Part shown: one piece after another, positions 37,327 to 49,886 of the stretch
Layout: every line of letters starts with the position of its first letter
Position numbering within the stretch: position 1 is the first letter of the stretch
NCBI RefSeq assembly: GCF_963921235.1
Contig: NC_086108.1
Location: forward strand, 22,878,001 to 22,942,000
Reading direction: 5' to 3'
DNA: 64,000 nucleotides
Origin: Mobula hypostoma
Taxonomy: Eukaryota
Translations under genes and position numbers: made by a program
Notes under the pieces: generated by a model
Told to the model about the DNA's origin: nothing
Database searches by the model: none
What the model saw: the letters and a program-made list of their open reading frames with translations, nothing else

Positions 37327-38130
37327 ACAGCAGAGAAATGGGTCCTTTGGCCTTAAACATTCATACTGACCTAGATGCCAACCCGAGCTAGACCCAATAG
37401 CCTGTAATTGGCCCATATCCCTCTGAATCTTACCTATCCATGTACAGTGTCTAAATGTCTTACAAACATTGCAATTGTTTCAGCCTCTGTGACTTCCATT
37501 AGCAGCTCGTTCCATATACCCATTGTCCTCTGTGTGGAAACGTCGCCCCCTCTGGCCTCCTTTAAATCTTTCGCTTCTTACCTTTGCCCCTTAGTTTGAG
37601 GCTCCTTTACTTTGGCAAAAGACAGTGACCATCCACCTTATTTTAATTTTTAAATTTTTATTTTATTGAGATACAGTGTGGAATAGGCCCTTCCAGCCGT
37701 GCCACGCAGCAGTCCCCGATTTTAACCTGAACCTAATCACTGGCCAATTTAGAATGACCAGTTAACCTACCAACCGGTAAGTCTTTGGACTGTGGGGGGA
37801 AACCAGAGGAGGCGGAGAAACATATGCGGTCATGGGGAGAATGTACAAACTCCTTCCAGGTAGCCACGGGAATTGAACCCAGATCACTGGTACTGTAGAG
37901 CATTGTGCTAACTACTATGCTACTGTGCCACCCCTCATGATTTTATAAGCCTCTAATAGGTCATCCTTTGCCTCCGATGCTCCAGGAAGAAAGTCCAAGC
38001 CTATTCATCCTCCCCTTATAACCCAAGCCTCCTAGTCTCAGTAACATATTGATAAATTTGTTTGGTTTAGTGACATCCTTCACGTAGCAGGGTGACCAGA
38101 ACTATACACAGTATTCCAAATGGGGCCTTA
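37327..38130 (-). mobile_element. Decayed CR1-type 3' fragment with a nested SINE
   Basis: Antisense CR1 RT C-terminal sequence (e.g. CAGTATTCCAAATGGGGCCTTA, encoding the RPHLEY region) lies on both sides of the SINE. Confidence 0.65.
37655..37930 (-). mobile_element. tRNA-derived SINE (V-SINE/HE1-like)
   Basis: The minus-strand head GGCACAGTAGCATAGTAGTTAGCAC...GGGTTCAATTCC has A/B boxes, and the tail is A-rich. Decayed relatives lie near 40600-40830, 44870-45030, 50640-50800 and 52455-52560. Confidence 0.75.
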
Positions 38131-38649
38131 GTGCACTGCTTAACATAAGTTACTGGTATTAATTTTGAAGTCACTGCTTTTCTCCTTGTCGCTAGTAACA
38201 AGGCATATTGTGTTTCAAATTTACCCTTCAGCATTGGTCTGATATAAACCTTTTCTTTCTAACATCCTGTTGTCAGCATTTCCTTTCCTCTGACAAATCA
38301 CTTGGCTGATATTATTTAATATCTTGACCCGCCCTTGAGTATCGTGTGCCTGTTTAAAATTAAAGTGTTTTGCTGTTTTAAACTGGCATATCCTTTGTGA
38401 TTGTTCTCCATTATATTCGTTTCTGCATCACTCTTAATTACATGACCTGGGCTTAATGACCAGTGTCAACCTTGTCTCCACAATCTGCGCTTTCACCATA
38501 ATGTACCGTTGCTCTACAATGGATAAAATTCTTAAGAGTTTTTGGAGGTATTTCCATTGATATGGGAGATCAAACTATCTCATGCTGTTAATAACTTGGT
38601 GTAAATCTGATCATTTGAAAGCACACACAACACACTTGTCCTACAGGAA

Positions 38650-38750
38650 AAGTTCAAAGTTCAAAGCCAATTTATTATCAAAGTAGATATATGTCAGTAT
38701 ATACAACCCTGAGATTCATTTTCTTGCAGGCATACTCAATAAATCCATGC
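38650..38750 (-). mobile_element. Short 3'-end fragment of a retroposon with AATAAA and a (TTGAACT)n tail
   Basis: Plus strand reads AAAGTTCAAAGTTCAAAG..TTTATTATCA. Confidence 0.5.
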
Positions 38751-39726
38751 TAAGATGTCTCAGGATTAATGGTTTACTATTTTCCAATCATTGATGTGGC
38801 CTTTGGTTTCTGCTCCTGAATTTGAAGCTGCCGACACTCTCTGAAGAGCGAGGGTGAAAATATAACTTGATCACCCCACACAAGGAACATTAATGAAAAT
38901 TACACATATCGAAATCTAAAATAAAAACAGTAAAAGCTGAAAGCACTTCAGGCAGCATCTGAGGGAAACAGCAGTCTTAATGTTCCAGGTCTGTTTCTTT
39001 TCCCATAGATGTGGCATGAACTGCTGAGTATTTCTAGCATTTACTTTTATCTTGGACCTCAGGAGGAGGTTTTGTATTGTGTCAAGTGACCAGGGAAAGG
39101 TAGCTCACATACGCTAGTCTACTACTTTTTATAAAGATCTAGCTGTGATTCCAGCCTTCCTGTTTGCTTCTGTATTGTAGGCTATGCATGATGAATTCAA
39201 AGCTGTGGAGGAGGCAACACCAATGATATCTTTGCAAAATCCTCCAAGTTCACTGGCTGAGTGAACTAAGGTGAATACATTTCCCTTGCCATAAACCAGA
39301 AGTAAAACCCTATTTCCTTTCAGTTAGCTCCAACAGGCATCTGGTCACTTGCATGCCCAGCACCAGATATTTTATTCCAAATACTGTCTTGGACAGAGAT
39401 TATTAATTGGCTTGGGAAATCATTCAAGGATCTGCTCAAAGCCTCTTTTAAAATAATACAATATACCCCGCTGACTCCGAGGAATCCCTAGTCCAAAGTT
39501 GACTGATGTATTTGGTTTGACACTGAGAACTATGTTCTATGCTGTATATTAGGAGCACATGGAAACCCAGTATGAATGACATTAGGTGTGTGTGCCTAAC
39601 AAACTACTGGCCTACCTGTCAAATTCCCACATTGGCCTCGTTTGCCACCTTGGGATCCTTAGAACTAGACTGCCCTTAATGCCGAGAGACTGCCCAGGAG
39701 ACAGAATGGAGATTACTCCTTCTGGT

Positions 39727-40463
39727 AAGATGGCAGCATGCACGGACACACCAGCTTTTACGGGTTCAACCAAAGGTGTTATTGTCTTTTTTTTTTAACT
39801 TATTTTTATGACTGCAAGACCCTGCTGGACATTAAAAACTTCAAGTACTGCAGATCTACCCATCAGTGAGCTGCTTGTTGGCAGAGAAACTGAAGGAACT
39901 GGAATTGGTGCAAACCGTGATGCTACCAGTGACAGAGAGGCATCAGCTCACAAAGAAGTTGTGTAGTTTAGCAGTGAATGATCATCTTAGTGGCTTTTTT
40001 TGTGATCACAAGACCCTAATGGACACTGGTGTTGTAGAATGTTGCAAGTCCAATTCATTGGTTTATTAGCGAACAGCGGAGGATCTGCACGGCTTCAGTC
40101 ATGGTGAGGACTAGGCTTCAAGGTGCGGAGTCGTCTGTTTGCAGCCACCCGGGGGAGGCGTCAGAGTTGGGTGCTTCACTGGTGTGCAGGAGGTGGTTTG
40201 GAGTGGTGTTTGTGCTGGAGTGGGTGCTGCCCCCAGTGTTTGCTTGCCAGTGGTCAAGCGGTATTGTGTTTGATTGCAGACAGCTGCAACGTTCATGGAG
40301 TCAGGGACCTAGACTATATTTTTTTGTGAGTGACTGTATTTTACTGATATCTTCTATGTGCCTTGTGCTGTGTGTGAGTGTTGGTCCTGTGTTTTGCGCC
40401 TTGTCCCCAGAGGAACAGGTTACATTTGGCTGTACACATGGGTATTCATGTATGGTTAAACTT
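39727..40463 (+). mobile_element. Interspersed non-autonomous repeat starting AAGATGGC; its 3' end is shared with 47390-47562 and 50195-50362
   Basis: Three dispersed copies of TGTGCCTTGTGCTGTG...CCAGAG...CTGTA..CATG...CATGTATG...TTAAACTTG. Confidence 0.6.
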
Positions 40464-41397
40464 GTGCTCCATCTTTCTCTTGGATGCCTAGCTTTTTGAA
40501 GGAATGGATTTTTCTGCTTTCAGTCCCAGAGCTGCCACTCCCAGTGAGTGATGTGTGTGGAGGCAGTGGAGCCCTGCAAAGCTATCGGTTCGACACGTTG
40601 ACACTAATTACATTAATCCTATTTTTTGCTCAGCCAGATTCTAGCATACACATACACACTAGGTGCAATTTGCCATGGCCAGTGAACTCGCTAACCCTGA
40701 TGTTGGGGGAAGCTTTGCAGTCCAGAGAGAATGCACACCGTCCCAGTGGGAAAATGCTGCTCCATACTGACAGCACCTAAATTCAGATTAAACTCAGATG
40801 TAAGACAGTGGCTTTACTATGTCTCTGTGGTTCCCAGCACCTTCTCCTGCTGTGTTCACACAATGTTTGTATGTGTGTGCATCAGGAAAGTCTCCTAATG
40901 CAAACATGTACACAACCAACTAGTTTGCAGGACCCTTCGAGTTGGGACTAAACCCATCAATATCTTTTACTTAGGCTTGATCAATTCGATAAAGTACCAA
41001 ACTTTCAGTGTTATAGAAGCAGCCAATAGTAATCAAGGAACAGTTATCCCAAAAGAGGTTGTTGATCTGTTTAAATGAGCAGGTGAATGTTATTCCTACC
41101 AATGGATATGTGATTATTTCCCAAGGCTAATAGAAGGGGCAATTTATTGTGTGGAGCTCCAAAATGGAAGGGTTGGTGTATTTGAATGGGTACAGATATG
41201 TGTGCGATGTGAGAGTATGACATTTGTGTGTGGTGCAGTGTTTTTGCAAAGTGTGTATGCACAAGGTGTATTGTGGATGTGGTGTGTGAGGGCATATGAT
41301 GGGTATGGTGTGTGTTGTGTGTGATGTTGGGTTTATGTTGTGTAGTGTGATGAGAGTGTGGTATGTAATGAGGAGAGTAAGGTGTATACTACAGTTG

Positions 41398-41885
41398 GTA
41401 CCTAATAAAGTGGCTGCTGAGCGTATGTTTGTGCTCTCCTGCTGCTGTAGCCCATCCACTTCAAGGTCTGATGTTTGGAGATGCTGCTCTGTGCATCACT
41501 GTGGTAACACATGGTTACTTGAGTTACTGTCAGCTTGAACCAGTCTGGCCATTCTCCTCTGACCTCCCTCATTAACAAGGCTTTTCACCCAGAACACCAC
41601 AGCTCACTAGATTTTTTTTTTTGCTTTTCACACCATTATCTGTAAACTCTAGAGACTGTTATGTGTGAAAATCCCAGGAGATCAGCAGTTTACGAGATAC
41701 TCCACCTGGCACCAACTGTCATTCCACAATCAAAGTGACTTGGATCACATTTCTTCCCTGTTCTGATAATTAAACAACGCCTGAATCTCTTGACTGTGTC
41801 TGCATGCTTTTAGGCACTGAGTTGCTGTCACATGATTGGGTGATTAGATATTTGCATTAACAAGCAGGTGTACTTAATGAGTGTA
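41398..41885. mobile_element. Tc1/mariner-type MITE, second copy (partial)
   Basis: Collinear with ~17735-18302, and contains GTACCTAATAAAGTGGCTGCTGAG. Confidence 0.75.
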
Positions 41886-42939
41886 CATGCTTATGGATTG
41901 CAGTGTGTGATGTTGAGTGCATGTATATGTGGAATGCATGATTTTTGCATGTGTGCATGAGAATGTATGCATCATATAGGATGTGTGCATGGCTGTTGGA
42001 ACATAAGCAATGTTCCCCTCTCTATCCTACACCTGCCACACTGGTTTTTAAATCAGCTATCAGACAGTTAAGCTGTCACTGGTAATTCATAACTCAGCTC
42101 ACAGAAGAAAACGGTTCTCTGTAGGAATACCCTATAACATTTATCGCTGACAATCTAGTCCCATTTGCAGTTCACTCAGAACCCATAAAAAATTGGTGGT
42201 GTCGTCTGCTCAGGCACAGCAGGTTGCCCTGCTTAGTTTTAGTCAGTGTAGAGCCTTGAGGTAAGGCACCCGGTGTGGGAGAGATGCCTTAGGATCAGCT
42301 GCAACTTCACTTTTGTAGTTATTCACTTGCCTCTTTTCTGTGTCAAAGAACTCTGACCCTGCTGACAGCAACACTCTAAGCCTGACTTCCTTAGCCGACC
42401 GTCCCAGTTCTGAAGTACGGCAGAAACACTGAAGTGTGACATATCAATAGAGGAATGAGGACAGAAAGTGAAGGGAAAGAGTATGAAGGAAGAGGGGAGG
42501 GAAGAGAAATGAGCAGGAAGAAGGGGGATGAGAGGTAAATCAGTAGAGGAGGAACTTAAAAGGAAAGAGAGCTGAATCCAATGAATCGGGGTGGGGGAGT
42601 TAATGAGAGTGTGAGAATAGAATGTGATGAATACAGGATTAGTGTGAGTGAGTGCTTTATAGTTGGCGTAGATATGGTTAGTGAAAGGAACCGTTCTGTA
42701 CTAGATCTGTTTTTAATTATTAATGTCCAGTGTTCTTCAATGCCTGGGGTCTGTTGATAATGAAAAAAACAGCACTAGATTACTGGATTTCCAGGTGAGG
42801 CTGATCTTGCAGGAAGACGCATGCTTAGATGTTGGCCTGCAGTTGCAGGGCCTCCCATTGAGTCCCAAATCACCCTGAGCTTGGAATAAGTAAATGTTGG
42901 ACATCTCTGGTTCCAAGAAAGATCAGCAGCACCATTTTA

Positions 42940-43123
42940 GGTGAATTTCAAGGTTTGCTGCAGCAAAGAAGGCTAATTAGAATCCCAGGCATTCCTTGTG
43001 TAAATATTCTCTGCAACTTTGTGGATCCCAGCATCTTAATGGCTAACATCACAAAGTTGTAGAGGATATTTGTACAAAAAATGCCTGGGATCTTCTTTGC
43101 TGCAGCAAACCTTGAAATTCACC
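42940..43123. repeat. Long inverted repeat / hairpin (possible palindromic MITE)
   Basis: Perfect 32-bp outer arms (42940-42971 and 43092-43123) plus ~41-bp inner arms with 6 mismatches. Confidence 0.9.
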
Positions 43124-45639
43124 AAACAAGTCAACACATGCAATCCTTTCCTTGTGCTGACGTTGATGCCGACCCCAGATCTAGCAATACCTAACACTCC
43201 AGTGCTGACTTGGGCATGTTTTCCTCCATCTGTCAGAATGAGGAAGAAAATCCCCTCCAGGTTAGTGGTAATTAGGGCCGATCAAGCCAGTCCCGTCATC
43301 TGCTCCGTGTAGCTGTGTTTCCCCCTAACACACTGTCCGAGCCTCAGGCCCAGGCCCACAGCCTTGTCTGCACCAGCATCCTATCCTTGTGACCCCTTTG
43401 TGTGAGATGGTGAGCTCAGTGATGAGCAGGGCCAGCTTGTAACGTGCACAGATGTGACTGTATTGAGAGTGCCAGCATTCATTTCATGTGTGATTGTCAC
43501 AGCCTGCAGACAGATGGGGATTTACTCCAGTCAATGCAGTCTGGAGCCTGGGTCCCAGGGGTGAGCACCAACCCATCTAAAGCACCAGTGCCATTTTTAG
43601 AAATGTACTGTTAACTGAAAATGTATTTTTATCTGCTGCAGGATTCCCAAATGCACACATTCCAAACAGCACACGTGTAGTGAATTTACAACAGATGAAC
43701 TAGACTCTAATTTCATCATTTCAGGAGGTGATGGGCATCCACTCTGGCAGAATTGCTCTTTTGCTAATGTGAATCTCTGCAATACTCTACCCAAGAGAAC
43801 TGGAGATGCTAGATCACTGGGGGTATTTAAAGAGGCAGTAGATAAACTTCTGAGAGATCTGGAAATTGAGGGCTTTGAGAACACGGTGATGCAGCTAGCA
43901 AAACCACTCGGTGCAGCTCCAGAGACCAGTGGAGTGAAGCTCTGGCTGCTCACCCACATGGAGGCAGAAGCAGCCATGGTGCTGTCGCCTGGAAGAAATT
44001 GGTGTCTGACCAGTGTTGGTCCTTTATTACTGAAAGGCAGGTAATTGTTCTTCATGGCTTCTTGCTGTCCTCTGTCCAATATTACAACAGTGATCACTCT
44101 TCAATAGTGTGTTTTAGGATGCATTTTGAAGGATTGTGAAAGGTGCTATGCAAATGCACAATCTTTCAGCACTTTTCACCTTTAACCCATGCCCTCTAGA
44201 ATTAGATTCCTCCATCCGGGGGGTAAGAGATGACCATTCGAGTATCTATGTTCCTCATGATCTTATAAACCTATAAGGTCACCACTCAGCCTCCTACACT
44301 CCAGGGCAAAATTCCTCAACCTAACCTCTCTTTTAATCCAACCATGCAGTCCTAGTAACATCATCGTGTTGATACTATGTTGAGCAGCATTGACTGGGCG
44401 AGACTTTCATGCTGGAGCTAGAATGCACAGCAAGCTGCTATCCACTCGGTCAGCCTGTGGCTGCAGCTTACTGCTGGTGTGTGTCCTCTCACCAGCAGCC
44501 TCAGTTAAGGTGAAGAGTAGAATGCCCCAGATGGTCAGAACAAGTGTTCACCTCCTCTCCTGTGCCAGACAGAAACAGTCCTTTAAGCAAAATCATGAAC
44601 TGTATCTGGGACAGTGATTATTAGTGGCTTAAGAAAGTTTTAAAGGAGCAAAGAATTCAGTGGGGAGATAAGGGAGGGATGCCAGGTGGGACGCTTCACA
44701 GATGCTCCTTGTATTTTCTGATGACATAGAAGGCTGTTTGGCCCATTGAGTGAAAACTGGTTCAGAGAGAAATTCCAACAATCCTATTTCCCTTTAACTC
44801 CGGCACTATCTCTATTTGTAAACCATTCCATCTCACTTTTCTCACTCTCCTACCTCTCTAGGTGGCACTCCTAATGAAAAGTAACCTACCAACCCAGTTA
44901 TCTTTGGGAAACCAGAGCAGCTGAAGGAAACCCACCCGGTCACAGGGAGAAGGGGAAAGCTCTGTATAGCATCGGAGGTTGGAATCAAACCTGTCCCACT
45001 GAAATTGGTGGTAGCAGCTTTGGCAAATGAGCTACCACATACCCATGTTGTTAGATCTCCATACCATGAGCAGCCGGTGATGAGAGGGCTTAGATTATAA
45101 AGACAACACAAAGCATGGTCACACCACGAGTGCAGATGAGGGAACTTCAGATCTGAAAAGGTTTGTGTTAAACTTTGTGAACTGAGTTTCAGAGTTGGCT
45201 GCTGGGTCCGGCCTTGATTTATTTTCCACTCTGTTTGACTGGGTGATGTTGCTGAGAGCACATTGGTGCCAGTCACTGACAGGTCACGTTTCTCATGGGC
45301 TGCTGCCAGTGGGTTTGCTGGGAAAATTCCAGCCCCAGCCTTGACACCAAAGGCATGGTTACATCCATTTCAAATTTAAGATGGTAATATTATATTTTGT
45401 TTCCCCAGTCTAATTTTTCTCCAAATGTGAATTTTTAAAATAGTTGCCTATGAAATTATTTCATGTACATTTTGTCTTTGAGACTTCTAAAATCATACAT
45501 GAGGAAAATTATTGAAATGTTTCTTCTGTTTGCAAACATCAATTATTTACAGTACATCAAAGAACAGTTCTTCGTAACTTAGCAGCTAACATCTGTCTCT
45601 GAGGTGAGACTGAGCTAGCAAGAGATGAGAATATTTTTT

Positions 45640-45760
45640 AAATACCTTGAAAAAGGGTCTCAGCCCAAAATGGCGACTGTCTATTCATTTCCATAGATGC
45701 TGGCTGACCTGCTGAGTTCCTCCAGGATTTAGATATCCAGCATCTGCAGACTTCCTCATG
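45640..45760 (+). mobile_element. Penelope terminal-repeat fragment with a degenerate hammerhead
   Basis: AGGGTCTCAGCCCAAAATGGCGACTG...GATGCTG...CCTGCTGAGTTCCTCCAG matches 29300-29400. Other fragments lie near 22850, 38930, 51480, 58535 and 59770. Confidence 0.75.
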
Positions 45761-46589
45761 TTTATAAAATAATGTAAGTGATCTTTCTAAACAAGAGATT
45801 TTTTGAAGGAAAAGTTTATTAATTAAATTAGTTTCCTTCACATCCAATGTTTCTTTAAACAGTTCTTGTATTTTTTTTGTTCTTACATAGAAGGAAGCCA
45901 TTAGTCCATCAAGTTTACAATGGCTCTCAGAGAAGGAAGAATCCAGGAGTCCCATTTTGCCCATAACCAAGTCTCTCTCGAAAGCCCATAATTTATCATC
46001 CATTCCTCGCACCAGTGACTAGCGGTATTTTACATTTGCCACACACTTGGTGAAACTTCACACAAAGCCCCCGAGACCTGGATCAAAACTCGCTATCTGG
46101 ATGTACGTGGCAGCAGTGGTAGCTGCTTGTGTCACCCACCACACTACACATGAAGCTCTCTTGTGTGCTGATGTTTAACAAAGTAGTAAAATGCAGATTA
46201 GCTTTGTTTCTTTTGTTTTCTGTATAGGCCCCACTGTCCTATGACTCGTGCTGTCTTCACATTTTGCTATTACATGATATGGGTCAACTGAAGCAGACAG
46301 ACTAATGACACTGACTGTTGCTCACTCTCTCTTTCTCTCTCACGCTCCCCCCATCCACACTCTGCCTGCTCTGCTGAGTAACCCCAGCAACTTAGCTTTC
46401 CAGCAAGGCGTGTCACCTGTCTACAGCCACCCAGGAGAGGGGCATATAGCGGAGGTGCTGTGGCGCGGCGTCTAAGCTGAAGTCGGCGCTGTCCCCCCGG
46501 ATGTTCGTTTGGCAGAAGACAGGTCGTATTGTGTTCAAATGCAAATTTCTGCCACATTCATGCACTCAGGGTCTTGACCTATATATTTT

Positions 46590-46972
46590 TTGTGTGGTTA
46601 GCATCCATCTGCCTCGAAGGACAATGGGTGATGATGATTATTATCACAAGCCTGGGCAGAAGGTATGGAGATCCTGAGATACCCAGTCATCAAGATCCCC
46701 CTCTCGGCTTCACCAGTGTAGTCCAAAGGAAAGCCTATGAAGCAATACGTTTGGCGCTACCTTGGCTGCAGGAGCTGCCGGAAGGATGTTCAATGACATC
46801 CAGCTGCATTAAGCTCCACTCCGGATTTGCTGTCTGGGTTGACTCCCATAGCCTTCGTCTCTCCCAAGGCTGCCCACAAGGCAGTGGGGCTATTTATCCA
46901 TAGCTGGGGCCTGCGTGCTACGTGTGCAGGGGCCAGACCTCCTCCCGTCCTCTGCAGTTCAGCCTGAGTCGG
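46590..46972. mobile_element. Probable RTE-related non-autonomous repeat
   Basis: GC-richer segment resembling RTE 5'-UTR-derived repeats; recognised by eye only. Confidence 0.35.
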
Positions 46973-47256
46973 AAAGGAGTTCAGTGTCCGTGTGTCGCCA
47001 GAGAGGAGGCACTACATGAGGCTTGCTGTTGGAGAGAGTTTGTAAAGGAGTTCAGTGTCCGTGTGTCGCCAGAGAGGAGGCACTACATGAGGCTTGCTGT
47101 TCGAGAGAGTTTGTAAAGGAGTTCAGTGTCCGTGTGTCGCCAGAGAGGAGGCACTACATGAGGCTTGCTGTTCGAGAGAGTTTGTAAAGGAGTTCAGTGT
47201 CCGTGTGTCGCCAGAGAGGAGGCACTACATGAGGCTTGCTGTTCGAGAGAGTTTGT
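46973..47256. repeat. 71-bp tandem repeat, 4 near-identical copies
   Basis: Units start at 46973, 47044, 47115 and 47186, with a single difference (TTGG vs TTCG in copy 1). Confidence 0.97.
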
Positions 47257-48023
47257 ACTGGTAGGGAGAGACTTACACATTCAGCTCTCCTTTTCGCAAG
47301 ACTGCTAGCCAGTGCGGGAAGTTGGAAGTGAGAGTGACAAGCACTACCCACTACAGTACCACAGTAGATGCATCACAACAACCTTTTTGATTCTAATTTA
47401 CTGATATTTTATATGTGCTTGCTATCTAATATGTGCTGTATGTGCTTTGTGCTGTGTGAGATTGTTGGTACTACGTTTTTCACCTTGTTCCCAGAGTAAC
47501 GGTGTTTCATTCATCTGTATTCATAGGTACTCATATGGTTGAATGACAATTAAAGTTGAACTCTTAGACTATGAGCTATCTGCAGTATTTTGCATCAGTT
47601 TTGGTGCTTAATGTGCCAACAACTCCTTTCTATTGAATTTCCATCAGATTCTTTTACCTCCAACTGCTCCCACTGATTTCTATTCCCACCACCGAAGAGA
47701 ACAGAACAGGCCAATTAGCTCAGCCAGCTATTGTGTTGTATTCAACCATTCTTGTAGCCTTGTGGCAACATGTTCTCTCTTACTTTCACATTCAGAACTT
47801 CCCTCCAAGCTGTTTTGTGACAGTGAGTAATGAAGTTATCCAAGGATGATAAACCACTTACTCTTCACTAATCCAGCCTTGATGTACCACTACTGCAGGC
47901 CTGGCTCTTTATCATCTGGCCTGTTCTATTTTCTATCTTGATCCCGACCTTGCATGCCCTCATATTTACCCCAGTATGTCCTCCTACATTTTTCCTCCCC
48001 AACAACCAATGCTGCTTTTAGAC

Positions 48024-48103
48024 CAGAGGTTCCCAACCTTTTCTGTGCCATGGACCCCGAGCATTAGCTGAAGGCTCCGTGGACCCCAGGGTGGGAACCC
48101 CTC
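48024..48103. mobile_element. 80-bp hAT (Charlie-like) MITE
   Basis: TIRs CAGAGGTTCCCAACC / GGGTGGGAACCCCTC. 8-bp TSD TTTTAGAC (48016-48023 and 48104-48111) with a central TA. Confidence 0.88.
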
Positions 48104-49675
48104 TTTTAGACAATAGCATGGAATAGTGTTGAGCCTCTCCTGCATTCTAGCAATCTCCACAAACACTGGCTGCACTTGAGAGACTGTAGTTTACTCTGAC
48201 TTTCCTCTGTCTCATCCAGTTGATCTATAATTGACCTCGTGTGGTAACCTGCCAATTGTATCCACCTCTTGTCCAATTGTCCAACCAACCACAACTGGAC
48301 ACACCAACAACTAGGGTTCAACTAGTGCAATGAACTTCAACTACAGGCTCATCATGGGACATCGTCTTGTATCTAAAGTTCATTATACTGTATATTGAAT
48401 GGTTGTCTGACATTTTGAACAAAATCACATAATTATCCATCAAACCTCAGAAAATGAAGGATAGGTCTAATCATCAGATGAAATAACATGAATCAGAAAC
48501 ATTAACTTTGCATCTCTGTTGATTCTACCTAACCAACGGAGCATTGTTTTTGTTTTTAGTACTTATATACTTGTTCCCGTGACAGTGTCAGCACACTGCC
48601 ATTCAAGATATAGTTTGCCTACTAGATCTCAGTCCACACATACTTCCAGTATCTTAGTAGTCTGCGCCAAGATTAACTTTTGGACTTGAGCATGTTCACA
48701 TTGCTCTAAATGACAATGGCACGGCACATGAGGAAGTAATACTTGCACTAGATTCATTGTCCACAGATGCTGCAGCCATACTCCTACCTTCACAATGATG
48801 TCTTGGCCCTCTTCCTCAGCTCTCCTGCCAAAAGTGTGAGATTGATCTACTTTCCTGCAAGACAAAATGGAAATAAGTGAATTGTACTTGCTGAAACACT
48901 TTGCCATGTTAATTCACAGTCAGTGTTTTGAGTACTATTCTTGTTGAGCTCCTGGATCCCACAAACAAATGATGCAGGCTGACCCTGTGTCCAATTAACT
49001 ATTTTACGAGTTCCCATGGATTAACTTCCTTCCTCCAGTGACTTAGTGCATGCAGAATTTGCAGTTAGCTTTTTTTTTGCACAGTTCATAAAATTGTTCT
49101 TCCAAGTTTTGGCTCTCCACCATGACATCAATATATATTTGCTTCAAATAAATACTTTACTAAATTCATTCTGTCCTCTCTCTTCTATTACAATGTTAAC
49201 TAATTATGTGCTTGAAATCATTTTTGGTTGTGAACTTACCCTTCTGTCACCTTCACTGACACTCTCTTAAAAACCTACCTCAACTGGTCACCAATTCTTA
49301 AAACTCAATCTCTGGATTGCTGTTAATATTTTGTCTCCTTGTTTTCCTGTGAGGATTCTTGGGCCATTTATTACCTCAGAAGCTCTCACAAAATGTAAGT
49401 TGTTTCAGTTGCCAAATTCAGTTTTTCATGCAATCCTTTACCATTTGTAAAGTCAATTATTTTAATTTAAATTCACCAAACATACCAAAAACAAGTCCTA
49501 ACACAATAGGCCCCATTTGTGATCCTGCCCACTGAGGAAATGAGAATGGGTACTTCAGGCTTCAATATCTCATGAATCTGCCTGATCACTCCCTGCACTC
49601 TAATTGCAAAATGGTGACCACCTACGTTCAGAAATTAGTTCAATTAAAGTTGCTCCTACATTTGGTGCAATTTAG

Positions 49676-49886
49676 TGAGAAGGGCAATGTAAATGGGTGT
49701 ACAAACAGCGAGACTGAGAATTGGAAGTCAAAACTGGAACCCAGCAGCTGTACTCAGCCAGGTGACCTGCAAAATAGGTGAGAGCCTTGTAAGGATGATT
49801 GTTAGGATGGTTACCATCCTTTCTCATTTATTAAAAAGGACATTTCCTGCCTGCAGCCGTGTCAGTTCTACTCTGTCTGATGGAAG
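49676..49886 (+). CDS. Candidate pair of coding exons of an unidentified host gene (49676-49777 and 49857-49886)
   Basis: Splice signals tttag|...AG|gtgaga and ttcctgcctgcag|...AAG|gtaagt. The 102-nt and 30-nt exons are both phase 2-2 and splice in frame across a 79-nt intron. Confidence 0.4.

Noticed and set aside
39181..39270. Exon-like segments with good acceptors (also 20299-~20416)
   Set aside because: All three frames hit stops before a convincing donor. They could only be UTR or terminal exons, which sequence alone cannot support.
43597..44097. 166-aa minus-strand ORF
   Set aside because: It overlaps a CR1 3' fragment (~43765-43880) in antisense and has no recognisable domain.
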